A DNA stretch of 40,000 nt from an uncultured Thiobacillus sp. (GTDB lineage Bacteria > Pseudomonadota > Gammaproteobacteria > Burkholderiales > Thiobacillaceae): positions 212,333-252,332 of the forward strand of contig CAZIUC010000002.1 in the NCBI GenBank assembly GCA_964542455.1, given 5' to 3'. The stretch's first letter is position 1; every line of letters starts with the position of its first letter. The position numbers and the translations under genes are program-made. The notes under the pieces were generated by a model. That model had not been told where the DNA came from, did no database searches, and was given only the letters and a program-made list of their open reading frames with translations. This document shows positions 16,230 to 25,047 of this stretch, in pieces.

Positions 16230-16772
16230 TCAGGCCACCTCGAATTCGAGGGTTTCGCAGTTGCCCACCCAGACCCGCCACATCCGCGCCGGCTCCAGAC
16301 TCTGAAAGTGCCCGGCCACGGCCTGCAAGACCTCGTGATGGGTCACCACCAGCACCACCCCCGGCACTTCAAGCGTGGTCAGTTCGGCGATGAAGTCATG
16401 AACCCGCGCCACCATTTCCAGGTAGGACTCGCCGCCGGGCACTTTCCACTGGAAGGGGTCCGGCGCGGCCTGCATGGCCGCCATGTAGTCCACCACCGGC
16501 CGTCCCTCGAAGCCCGTGTTGCGGTCATCCAGGCGGGCATCCACCCGGACGTCGGCGCAGTGGCCGCCACAGAGAATGGCGGCGGTCTCCTGGGCACGTT
16601 GCAGGCGCGAGACATAGACCCGGCGTATCGGCTCCTGGCGTAGTCGCTCGCGGGCCGCGCCGGCCTGCTGGCGGCCCAACTCGGTCAGGCTCACACGCGC
16701 GGCGGGATCGGCATTGCACAGGCCGCTCAGGTTGTATTCGGACTCGCCGTGGCGAATGAAGATGAGCTTCAT
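16230..16772 (-). CDS. Histidine phosphatase (phosphoglycerate-mutase-like) family protein
   Basis: N-terminal IFIRHGESEYN (RHG motif) and a later VVTHHEVL block. It overlaps the fhcC stop by 4 nt and abuts the folP start (TGA-ATG). Confidence 0.75.
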   Translation of the reverse strand: MKLIFIRHGESEYNLSGLCNADPAARVSLTELGRQQAGAARERLRQEPIRRVYVSRLQRAQETAAILCGGHCADVRVDARLDDRNTGFEGRPVVDYMAAMQAAPDPFQWKVPGGESYLEMVARVHDFIAELTTLEVPGVVLVVTHHEVLQAVAGHFQSLEPARMWRVWVGNCETLEFEVA

Positions 16773-17578
16773 GCGGGGACCAGCACTTCGCCCTTGCCGC
16801 CGAAGGCCAGATCGCCCATGTGGCGCCGCGCGCGCGATGTCTCAGGCACCACGCCGGGCAAGAAAGCATCGGCGTGGCGACGCAGCAAGTTGAGCCAGGA
16901 CAGTTCGACCACGCCGGAATCGTTGAACGTGGCCGACAGGCTTTCCGGCGCCTTGCCCAGGATCAGACTGCCGCGACGCAAACCGAATCCGGGCGCGCCG
17001 GCGCAACCTTCGGCAATGACCAGGGTGCCGGCCAGCATGCGCGCGCCGCAGGCATCGCCGGCGCGGCCGCGCACCAGGATCAGCCCCCGGCGCATGCGGT
17101 CGCCGAGCCGGTCGCCGGCATCGCCCGCCACCGCCACCACGCCACCGGCCATGCCGGCGCGGTCGCCGATCAGGGCGGCGCCAAGCCAGTCACCGGCGTT
17201 GCCGTGTATCCGCAGCAGTCCGTCACGCATGCCATTGGCGGCAAAGTCGCCGCAATTGCCGGCGATGACCAGTTCGCCGCCGCTCAGGCCCTGGCCGGCG
17301 TAATGGCCGGCTGATCCTTCCACACGCAGCACCCCGACCGTCATGTCCTTGCCCAGGTAGTCGAGATGGCGAGCGTCGCCCTGAATCACCAGGGTATCGC
17401 CCGAACAGGGCGCCACCGCGAACAATTCGCCCAGGGCGGTGGGATGGCCATCCAGCAACAGCATGGTGGCCGCGATCTCGGAAGTCGATCTGCCGGCCAG
17501 GGTCTCGGGCAGCACGCCGCTCATGTCGATGCGGCCGTCGTAGCCGGCGCGCAAGCTCAGGGTCACAGCAGCACTCAT
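16769..17578 (-). CDS. fhcC: Formyltransferase/hydrolase complex subunit C (FwdC/FmdC homologue)
   Basis: Repetitive beta-helix Gly-rich repeats (VEGSAGHYAGQGLSGGELVIAGNCGDFAANGMRDGLLRIHGNAGDWLG...) typical of FwdC. Operon context with fhcD, fhcA and fhcB. Confidence 0.85.
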   Translation of the reverse strand: MSAAVTLSLRAGYDGRIDMSGVLPETLAGRSTSEIAATMLLLDGHPTALGELFAVAPCSGDTLVIQGDARHLDYLGKDMTVGVLRVEGSAGHYAGQGLSGGELVIAGNCGDFAANGMRDGLLRIHGNAGDWLGAALIGDRAGMAGGVVAVAGDAGDRLGDRMRRGLILVRGRAGDACGARMLAGTLVIAEGCAGAPGFGLRRGSLILGKAPESLSATFNDSGVVELSWLNLLRRHADAFLPGVVPETSRARRHMGDLAFGGKGEVLVPA

Positions 17579-18471
17579 GCCAGGATCTCCCGCAGGTGAT
17601 AGTGGAATTTGCCCAGCTTGCCGCCGTAATTCCCGGCCGACAGACGCACGATGCCGCCCGCGGCGCCCACCGCGCAGACCGCGTCGAGGCCGGCCTTCAT
17701 GGCCAGACGCATGGCGTCGTCGTCGACGGCGTCAATGACGATCTCCAGCACCGCTTCCACCTCGTCGCTCAGCTCGGATTGGGCGACACCGCGCAGGGTG
17801 GGACAGAAAGCATCATTGGTGGACGCCGGCAGGGCCTTGTATTTGGAGCCGATCTTGGAGCCGGAGCGCACCACGCCACCGGGGAACGGGGTGATGACGC
17901 CCGCCACCTCGGCGATGGCCGCCACCGCCGCTTCGCAGGCGGCCAGCCCCTGGACATGGGAACGCGCCAGCACCAGGAAATTGCCGCCACCGATGGAACG
18001 CAGCAGCCCCGTGCTTTCCTCGGCCAGGAACTCGCCGTCCATCACCGGGATGCGCCAGTAACGCCGTCCGGCCATGAGCTTGGACATCTGCCAGCCGTCG
18101 CCGAAATAACGCAGGTTCTTGCCCAGGGGCAGGGATTCCTCGCCATCGCAACCGGCGAACACGGCGGTGGAGGGGCAGGTCAGCACGCACTGGCCGACGC
18201 GGCGTTCCAGTTGCTTGGCCAGTTCCTTGGTGGAAACCGAAAACAGCAGGCCGGCGATGCCGGGACGGCCGTCCGGCGTTTCCTCGGGAGACAGCTCCCG
18301 CTCGATACCCGCCTCGCAACCGCAGGCGATGACCGAGGTGGCGAAACCGAAGGCCGCATTGGCGGCGTGTTTCGCCCAGGTCAGGGAATCCGCCGTGATG
18401 ATGATGCGGGTCGCCTTCATGCCGAAGGCCTCGGCGTAGGTGTCGTCGATCAGGACGCCGTTGATGATCAT
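17575..18471 (-). CDS. fhcD: Formylmethanofuran:H4MPT formyltransferase (Fhc subunit D)
   Basis: 298 aa. MIINGVLIDDTYAEAFGMKATRIIITA... and the PFPGGVVRSGSKIGSKY block are typical of Ftr/FhcD. Confidence 0.85.
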   Translation of the reverse strand: MIINGVLIDDTYAEAFGMKATRIIITADSLTWAKHAANAAFGFATSVIACGCEAGIERELSPEETPDGRPGIAGLLFSVSTKELAKQLERRVGQCVLTCPSTAVFAGCDGEESLPLGKNLRYFGDGWQMSKLMAGRRYWRIPVMDGEFLAEESTGLLRSIGGGNFLVLARSHVQGLAACEAAVAAIAEVAGVITPFPGGVVRSGSKIGSKYKALPASTNDAFCPTLRGVAQSELSDEVEAVLEIVIDAVDDDAMRLAMKAGLDAVCAVGAAGGIVRLSAGNYGGKLGKFHYHLREILA

Positions 18472-18519
18472 GGCCGCGGAGTTCCCTGGATGAGGTTGTA
18501 GGGAGTGTCGCGGTTGGAG

Positions 18520-18672
18520 AAATCCCCCCCAGCCCCCCTTTGAGAAAGGGGGGAGCAGGGACCGCCGCTTATCGAAGGGTTCCCTCCTTTTTTAAAGGCT
18601 CTTATTCCGTTAACTGGTGATGCGGTTGGTGCGGTGGTTCCCCCCTTATTCAAAGGGGGGCTAGGAGGATTT
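18520..18672. repeat. G/C-tract hairpin MITE-like element (about 153 bp) in the fhcA-fhcD gap
   Basis: aaatcccccccagcccccctttgagaaagggggg ... aaaggctcttattccgttaactggtgatgcg ... ccccccttattcaaaggggggctaggaggattt. Colinear with 26070-26233, including the internal aaaggctctt..gtta.ctggtgat segment. Confidence 0.85.
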
Positions 18673-18718
18673 ACCCCACGCCGACACCACGCCAAACGCG
18701 AATTTTTCACCCGCCCCA

Positions 18719-20398
18719 TCATGCCGCCCTCCCCTTGCACGGGTGCGCAATCAGCTTGCTGGCGCCGCAGGCGCAGATCTCGTCGTCGCTGACCCGGATG
18801 TTCTCCATCTTCATGGTCATGTAGCGATCGAAATAGTCTTTCAGGTGCTTCTCGATGCCCTTGTCGTACTCGGTCTTCACCACATGAAGGGCGCCGTTGA
18901 CCACTTGCACCACGCGGCCATCGCGGACGATGAGCTGGCCGTCCTTGAACACGTATTCCGGCTTTTCGAACATGGCCTCGCGATTGGCGTCGTCGCGATA
19001 GACCACGATGTCGGCGGCGGCGCCCTCGCCCAGGTGGCCGCGATCGGACAGCCCGAGTGAACGGGCTGGTGCCGCGCGGGTCATGATGGCGATCTCGTAC
19101 AGGCTGTATTCCCGCTCCATGCCGCGCAACTGGCTGTGCGCCGCCGCTTCGGCGTTGATCTCGTCCAGCTTGGCATTGCGGAAGCCGCGGTCCATCAGCA
19201 GTCGGATCAGGTGCGGGTAGCTGGTGAAGGGCGCGCCGTTGGGGTGGTCGGTGGTGAGGAAGATGCGCCAGGGGTCCGTGACCCGCAGGAACAATTCCAG
19301 GCCGATGGCCCATTGCAGTGCGTTGACGAAGTTCTTGTCGCGGTATTTGAACGGCACCACGCCGCAGCCCGAGTCGCACTCGATGTCCATCACCACCCAC
19401 TTGTCCGGGCTGGCGTGACGGTGGTTGCCATATTGCTTCATGGTGTCGCCCGAGGCGGTGACGGTCTGGCCGAACAGGATCTGGCCGACGTCGGCCGACA
19501 CGTTGCTCATGCGGTTGATGGCGTCGGCGATGCGCTCCGCTTCCGAGGAAAACTTGCGCTCGCCCTCGGTGCCGTAGCTGTGGAACTGGATGTGGGTCAG
19601 GTGGATGGGCAGCCCTTCCGCCGCCGCCATGGTGGCCAGCGTGGTATCGGCGTTGCCGGGAATGCCCAGGTTGCTGGCATGCACATGCAGCGGATGCGCC
19701 ACCCCCAGTTCATGCACGGCGCGCGCCAGGGCCTGGATCACCTGGCGCGGGGTGACGCCGTAATAGGGATGCGTTTCGTCCAGGTCCAGGTTGCGGGCGT
19801 TGAACTTGAAGGCGGAGATGCCGCCCGGGTTCACCACCTTGATCGCCATGGCCTGGCTGGCATCCAGCGTCCAGCCGACATAGTCGTTGATCAGGCGCTG
19901 CTCGGCGCCGCTGGAGAGCAGGCGCAGGAAGAAATCGTCGCTGCCCAGCATGGCGTAGGCGCCCTTGTCCACCATCGGCGTGTCGCCCAGTTCCAGGTGC
20001 GTGTGGCGCGCGTTGACCGGCTGCATGGCCGGCTCGAAACAGGCGGTGTAACCCATCTCGGCATAGCGGTAGCCGGTTGTCCAGGTCGACGGCGCGGCGT
20101 GGCCGCAGCCGGCATGCATGTCGCCTCCGGCGCCCAGATGCCGCGCCGGCACGCTGTCGATGCGGTGGTCTTCCGGCAGCAGGGCGCGGGCGATGTTGAT
20201 CTTGCCGCCGCCGATGTGGGTATGCAGATCGATGGCGCCAGCCATCACCACGCGACCGGTGAGATCGATTTCCGAATCGATCACCGCATCCGGGCCGGGG
20301 TCGGCAACGATATGGCCATCCTGAATGTAAAGATCGCGCGCCAGGCCGTCGATGCCATGGGCGGGATCGTAGAGGCGTCCGCCTTTAAGCCGCAGCAT
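18719..20398 (-). CDS. fhcA: Formyltransferase/hydrolase complex subunit A (FwdA-like amidohydrolase)
   Basis: 559 aa. The GAIDLHTHIGGGK metal-binding motif and overall amidohydrolase pattern match FwdA/FhcA. Confidence 0.85.
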   Translation of the reverse strand: MLRLKGGRLYDPAHGIDGLARDLYIQDGHIVADPGPDAVIDSEIDLTGRVVMAGAIDLHTHIGGGKINIARALLPEDHRIDSVPARHLGAGGDMHAGCGHAAPSTWTTGYRYAEMGYTACFEPAMQPVNARHTHLELGDTPMVDKGAYAMLGSDDFFLRLLSSGAEQRLINDYVGWTLDASQAMAIKVVNPGGISAFKFNARNLDLDETHPYYGVTPRQVIQALARAVHELGVAHPLHVHASNLGIPGNADTTLATMAAAEGLPIHLTHIQFHSYGTEGERKFSSEAERIADAINRMSNVSADVGQILFGQTVTASGDTMKQYGNHRHASPDKWVVMDIECDSGCGVVPFKYRDKNFVNALQWAIGLELFLRVTDPWRIFLTTDHPNGAPFTSYPHLIRLLMDRGFRNAKLDEINAEAAAHSQLRGMEREYSLYEIAIMTRAAPARSLGLSDRGHLGEGAAADIVVYRDDANREAMFEKPEYVFKDGQLIVRDGRVVQVVNGALHVVKTEYDKGIEKHLKDYFDRYMTMKMENIRVSDDEICACGASKLIAHPCKGRAA

Positions 20399-21638
20399 GC
20401 TTCATCTCCTGTTGAATCGCCGCCAGGACCTGGGCGACACCGGGCAATTCCGTGGCGACCGGCGCCGACAGCGGGAGCGCCACCACGGCGTCCATGCGGT
20501 GCAGGAAGCCGACCTGCTGCACCCCCGGCACGGCGACAGGAATGAACACCGCCGGCGGCCGCGCGAACACCATGTCGGCGCGACCGAGGACGATGGTCGG
20601 GCATGGCGCGGCCGGCGGGACACGCGCGGGGTCGAAAGTGGAAATCCACAACAACGCATCCACCGCCTCGTTCTCCAGCAGTGTCGATTCGGCGTAGCCC
20701 AGTGGTTCGTAGCGCGGGCCAGCCGCATCGAAGGCGGTACGCAAGGGATAACCAGTCTGCCAGGTGCAGACCTGGGCGGCGGAGACACCACCGTTGCCAC
20801 CGCCCAGCGGCAGCCCGGACCAGCGCGTCGCGCGGTTGAGATCCTTGACCAGGTCCACCATGGCTTGCACGGTCAGGTCGGCCTGGGGGAAATCCAGTTC
20901 CGCCGCATTCCAGACCAGCACACCGTAGCGCGCCGCCCGCATGTCGTCCAACAGGGCGTCGATCCGCGCGACAGGGATGCCGGCCACTTCGGCTGTATTC
21001 AAGCGGTGGCCGGCCAGGCGGACACGCAGGGCGGCGAAGACTTCACCCAATCGCTCGGGTTGACAGGGGATGGCGAGATCCGCGCCGTGAGTTTGCCCCG
21101 ACCCGGAGGAGAGGAAGCCAGCCAAGGCAACGACCCGACGACGCGGCTCGCCAAACTGGGACTCGGGCGCCAGACAGCGCTCGAAGAAGCGGGGGAAGGA
21201 CGCGAGATCGGTACCGGCCAGCACAATCAGGTCGGCACGGTTGCGTACTTCGGAAAGCGTGGTGGTCATCCAGCCGCCATCCTGGAATGCCAGGGTGTTG
21301 CGGAACTGGGCGCGGCTGTCCATGTGATCCAGCACGCCACCCAGGCGCTCGGCCAGCGCGATGGCGGCGCGATGCCCGGTGACATCGCAGGCCAGCCCAC
21401 CGATCAGCGGCCGGCGCGATGACGCCAGCAGCCGGGCGGCGGCTCGATAAGCGTCCGGCAGCGCGACGGGCTGACCGTCCAGCAGGGCAACCCCCTGCTC
21501 CGGCACGTCGAACAAGGCCTCGGCGCGCGGGCAGCCACCCGCTTCAAGGCGGGCGCGACCGCCTTGCACGGCGAGAGACAGATCGTCGCAAAGCAACCCG
21601 CAAAAGGGACACACAACAGTTTTATCGATCACGGCCAT
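20385..21638 (-). CDS. fhcB: Formyltransferase/hydrolase complex subunit B (FwdB homologue)
   Basis: 417 aa. N-terminal VVCPFCGLLCDDL Cys motif typical of FwdB/FhcB. It overlaps fhcA by 14 nt. Confidence 0.8.
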   Translation of the reverse strand: MAVIDKTVVCPFCGLLCDDLSLAVQGGRARLEAGGCPRAEALFDVPEQGVALLDGQPVALPDAYRAAARLLASSRRPLIGGLACDVTGHRAAIALAERLGGVLDHMDSRAQFRNTLAFQDGGWMTTTLSEVRNRADLIVLAGTDLASFPRFFERCLAPESQFGEPRRRVVALAGFLSSGSGQTHGADLAIPCQPERLGEVFAALRVRLAGHRLNTAEVAGIPVARIDALLDDMRAARYGVLVWNAAELDFPQADLTVQAMVDLVKDLNRATRWSGLPLGGGNGGVSAAQVCTWQTGYPLRTAFDAAGPRYEPLGYAESTLLENEAVDALLWISTFDPARVPPAAPCPTIVLGRADMVFARPPAVFIPVAVPGVQQVGFLHRMDAVVALPLSAPVATELPGVAQVLAAIQQEMKHAAA

Positions 21639-21760
21639 GACAACTCGGCAAGGTATGAGCGGTCAGCCAAGCAGGGATCGTGCCATCTCCTTCGCGCGTA
21701 CAGGCCCCTTGCAAATCAAGGCCTTCCAAAACCCATCACGCCCTATCGACCTTGGTCGTT

Positions 21761-21801
21761 TGTCACGGCCATGGCGCATGGGGCGTGACACTCTGTCACG
21801 C
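21761..21801. promoter_or_regulatory. Triple TGTCACG / CGTGACA motif in the fhcB-mptG divergent region (candidate operator)
   Basis: tgtcacg (21761-21767), cgtgaca (21784-21790), tgtcacg (21794-21800). The last two form the perfect palindrome GCGTGACA-ctc-TGTCACGC (21783-21801). Confidence 0.45.
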
Positions 21802-21906
21802 CTTACTTCCCCCGCAAAAACGCTATCAGCTTGATTGAACAGTGATTTTTTCATGGCACGGGCTTTGCTAACGGGTTCTGAACCAGCCCTTTCAGCGCAA
21901 AACGCC

Positions 21907-22896
21907 ATGCCTCTCGCCATTCATCCAAGCGTCACCGTCCGTGCCCCGGCACGGCTGCATATGGGGTTCCTCGACCTCAATGGCAGCCTGGGCCGACGCT
22001 ACGGCAGTCTTGGCCTGGCATTGGAAGGCTTGGCGGTTCAGGTGCGGGTGCGGGCCGCGGAAAATGTCAGCGCGCAAGGCCCTCAGGCGGAACGGGCGGC
22101 GGACTATGCGCGGCGCGCCCTGTCCGCCCTGGGCATCGGACACGGCGCCCTGGTGGAAGTGGAGCAGGCGATTCCCGATCACGCCGGCCTCGGCTCGGGA
22201 ACGCAACTGGCCCTGGCGGTGGGCACGGCTTTGGCCCGCCTGCACGATATCGAATGGTCGCCCGCCGACATCGCCAAAAGCCTGGGCCGGGGCGGCCGCT
22301 CGGGCATCGGCCTGGGCCTGTTCGACCGCGGTGGTTTCCTGGTCGATGGCGGCCGCGGCGGTCAGGACGCGCCGCCCACGGTCATCGCCCATATGAATTT
22401 CCCGGCGGCCTGGCGTTTCGTGCTGGTGTTCGATCGCGCGTTCCAGGGGCTGCACGGAGAACAGGAAAAACAGGCTTTTTCCGCCCTCCCCCACTTCCCG
22501 GAAGAACGCGCCGGCTATCTCTGCCGCCTGGCCTTGATGGGCGCGCTGCCGGCGTTGGTGGAACGCGATATTCAAGGATTCGGCGCCGCCCTGACCGCCA
22601 TCCAGGAAGTCATCGGTGACCATTTCGCCCCCGCCCAGGGTGGCCGCTACGCCAGCCCTCGGGTCACCCGCGCGCTGACCTGGCTGCGCGACCACGGCGG
22701 CGCCGGCATCGGGCAAAGCTCATGGGGCCCGACCGGTTTCGCCCTGGCGGATTCCGAGATGTCGGCGCACGGCCTGGCCCGTGGCGCGCGTCAGGCATTC
22801 GCCGCCGAGAACCTGGAATTCATGGTCTGCGCCGCCCGTAACCGTGGCGCGGAGATCAGCGCCGAGAGGCGTTCCGCGCGCGCTTGCGCCGGATAA
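21907..22896 (+). CDS. mptG: Beta-ribofuranosylaminobenzene 5'-phosphate synthase (GHMP-kinase fold)
   Basis: VRAPARLHMGFLDLNGSLGRRYGSLGLAL and IPDHAGLGSGTQLALAV blocks. Start chosen at ATG 21907 (MPLAIHPSVTV...); the ORF-track TTG 21835 and ATG 21853 are alternatives. Confidence 0.75.
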   Translation: MPLAIHPSVTVRAPARLHMGFLDLNGSLGRRYGSLGLALEGLAVQVRVRAAENVSAQGPQAERAADYARRALSALGIGHGALVEVEQAIPDHAGLGSGTQLALAVGTALARLHDIEWSPADIAKSLGRGGRSGIGLGLFDRGGFLVDGGRGGQDAPPTVIAHMNFPAAWRFVLVFDRAFQGLHGEQEKQAFSALPHFPEERAGYLCRLALMGALPALVERDIQGFGAALTAIQEVIGDHFAPAQGGRYASPRVTRALTWLRDHGGAGIGQSSWGPTGFALADSEMSAHGLARGARQAFAAENLEFMVCAARNRGAEISAERRSARACAG

Positions 22897-22918
22897 AGAC
22901 AACCCACAGGAAGCTCAC

Positions 22919-23821
22919 ATGGAAAAGCCTTATTTGCTGCACTTCGCCACGCCGGGTAACCGCGTCAGCCCATTCGACGTGAACATGGCCTATGACGCCG
23001 GCTGGAACGCGGTCATCCCCTATGCCGGCGTCGGCCTCGATGAGATCGCCGACTTCACCCAGGACGCGATATTTTCGCGTGGCCCGAAAGGCGCGAAGCG
23101 CACCGGCATTTTCATCGGTGGCCGTGACGCGGTGCTGGCCAGCGATATGCTGAAGCGTGCCCGCAAGGCCATGGTGCCGCCGTTCGAGGTCTCCGTATTC
23201 GCCGATCCCAGCGGCGCCTTTACCACCGCCGCCGCGATGATCGCCAAGGTGGAACAGGCGCTGGCCAAACATCATGGCCAGACGCTCACGGGCCGCCGCG
23301 TGGCGATCTTCGGCGGCACCGGCCCGGTCGGCATGGTGGCGGCGGTGCTGGCGGCGGAGGCCGGCGCCAAAGTGACCCTCCCCGGCCACGACGGGCTGGC
23401 GCGCGCCCAGGCCGCCGCCGATCTGATCAACACGCGCTTCGGGCTCCAGGTGCGCGCCATCGACGGCGGCGGCGAAACCGACAAGCTGGCGCTGCTGGCG
23501 GAAACGGAAATCGCGCTGGCGACCGCCAAGGCGGGGGTACAAGTTCTGACCGCCGCGCATCTCACCCAGGCAGCGCAACTGCGGGTGGCGGCGGACATCA
23601 ACGCGGTGCCGCCATCAGGCATCGCCGGCATCGGCGTGATGGACGATGCCGCCACCCTCATGGCCGCATCCGGCCATGCCGTGGGCATCGGCCCGCTTGC
23701 CATCGGCAATATCAAATACCAGGTGCAGCAGGCTTTGTTGCAAGCCATGCTGGCCAGCGACAAGCCGCTCTATCTCGGTTTCGCCGAGGCTTTCATCGAG
23801 GCGCGTCGTCGTGTCGCCTGA
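22919..23821 (+). CDS. mtdB: NAD(P)-dependent methylene-H4MPT dehydrogenase
   Basis: The internal ATG at 22919, with a GGAAG RBS, gives MEKPYLLHFATPGNRVSPFDVNMAYDAG... The GTGPVGMVAAVLAAEAGAKV Rossmann motif fits the MtdA/MtdB family. The MtdB call comes from H4MPT gene context. Confidence 0.75.
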   Translation: MEKPYLLHFATPGNRVSPFDVNMAYDAGWNAVIPYAGVGLDEIADFTQDAIFSRGPKGAKRTGIFIGGRDAVLASDMLKRARKAMVPPFEVSVFADPSGAFTTAAAMIAKVEQALAKHHGQTLTGRRVAIFGGTGPVGMVAAVLAAEAGAKVTLPGHDGLARAQAAADLINTRFGLQVRAIDGGGETDKLALLAETEIALATAKAGVQVLTAAHLTQAAQLRVAADINAVPPSGIAGIGVMDDAATLMAASGHAVGIGPLAIGNIKYQVQQALLQAMLASDKPLYLGFAEAFIEARRRVA

Positions 23822-25040
23822 GAAAAACGCCCGCTCCTGGCTGATCGTCTCCCTGTCCGGGCGCGGCCTGGCCAAGGCTGCGGCGCGCGCCGGCCGGCCG
23901 ACTCGGGGAATCGACGCCTACGCCGACCGTGACACGCGCGGCCTGAGCCGCGATTGGGCGCGGGTGCCGCCGACCGGGGATTACAGCCTGGAATCCGGCG
24001 CCTTGCTAAATGCCGCCGCGCGGCTCTGCCCACCAGATCGCTGCCTGGGCCTGGTCTACGGCTCCGGCTTCGAGTCACGCCCGGAATTGCTGACGCAATT
24101 GGCCAAGGATCGCCGCCTGGTCGGCAACGCGCCCGAAGTCCTGGCGCAAACCGGCGACCCCGCCCGCTTCTTCCCGCTGTTGCGGCAACTCGGCATTCCC
24201 CACCCGGAAGTCAGCCTCACCCGTCCGCCGCGCTCGTTCAACTGGCTATCCAAGCAGGCCGGCGCCTGCGGCGGCGGCCACATCCTGCCGGCATCCGTCA
24301 GCGGCACCCGCCCTGGGCGATATTTCCAGCGCCAGGTCGAAGGCCAGGCCGGTTCCCTGCTGTTTCTCGCCAACGGCCGCGAAATTCGTCCGGTCGGCTG
24401 CAACCGTGCCCTGCCGGCAGCGCCGGAAGCGCCCAGCGCCTGGGCGTATTCCGGCGCGAGCAGGTTGGCCGGCGAAAGCTCGGCTTGTCCTGGCGGCCTG
24501 CTCGACGCCGCACTTGCCCTGACCCGGGCGCTCGGGCTCAAGGGGCTCAACGGCATTGATTTCGTGGTGAATGGCAACGACTGGTGGCTACTGGAATTGA
24601 ACCCACGCCCCACAGCCACCGTGGAATTGTGGGATGTGGTGCCGATGCCTTCGCTGTTCCGGCTGCACATCCAGGCTTGCCGCGGGCGCCTGCCGGCCAG
24701 CCTGCCCAAGTTGCGCGGTGGTCTCACCTCGGCCGTGGTTTACAGCGGCGAAACACTGCGCATTCCCGACGGCTTCTTCTGGCCGGACTGGTGTTCCGAC
24801 CTCCCGGAAGACGGCAGCGTGATCGCGGCGGGAGAACCGATTTGCACGGTGCTGGCGGCCGGTGAAAACCGCTTCGTATCCGAACACTGGGCGGGCGAAT
24901 TGCGCCAGAGCGTCCTGCGCCGCTTGAGCCGTTTGCAACCTTGTGAATTACCGCTACGCGACGGCGCGCGGGCGCCGTCGTTGCCACCGCTGTTGCCACC
25001 GCTGTTGCCACCACCCGCCGGCAAACCGGCCTGGGCATGA
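23811..25040 (+). CDS. ATP-grasp protein of H4MPT gene islands (methylotroph orf5-type)
   Basis: GTG 23811 overlaps the mtdB end. ATP-grasp C-terminal block [29 protein letters not shown]. The tail carries a 12-bp tandem repeat. Confidence 0.65.
   Translation: MSPEKNARSWLIVSLSGRGLAKAAARAGRPTRGIDAYADRDTRGLSRDWARVPPTGDYSLESGALLNAAARLCPPDRCLGLVYGSGFESRPELLTQLAKDRRLVGNAPEVLAQTGDPARFFPLLRQLGIPHPEVSLTRPPRSFNWLSKQAGACGGGHILPASVSGTRPGRYFQRQVEGQAGSLLFLANGREIRPVGCNRALPAAPEAPSAWAYSGASRLAGESSACPGGLLDAALALTRALGLKGLNGIDFVVNGNDWWLLELNPRPTATVELWDVVPMPSLFRLHIQACRGRLPASLPKLRGGLTSAVVYSGETLRIPDGFFWPDWCSDLPEDGSVIAAGEPICTVLAAGENRFVSEHWAGELRQSVLRRLSRLQPCELPLRDGARAPSLPPLLPPLLPPPAGKPAWA
24980..25012 (+). repeat. 12-bp tandem repeat (gttgccaccgct, 2.75 copies)
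   Basis: Direct reading: gttgccaccgct gttgccaccgct gttgccacc. It encodes [13 protein letters not shown] at the C-terminal tail of the ATP-grasp ORF. Confidence 0.9.
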
Positions 25041-25047
25041 GAACGCC

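Noticed and set aside
15405-16643. 412-aa plus-strand ORF. Similar long antisense ORFs include 504-1037, 1125-1844, 13600-14832, 17596-18501, 19136-20545, 20397-21422, 21892-22716, 22856-23578, 27124-28062, 28064-29005, 29265-30065, 32237-33709 and 34967-36013.
   Set aside because: All lie opposite ORFs with clear family motifs (folP, fhc genes, TBDR, pabB, hipA and so on). They are Arg/Ala/Gly/Pro/His-rich low-complexity translations, typical of open antisense frames in GC-rich DNA. None shows a recognisable motif or an RBS.
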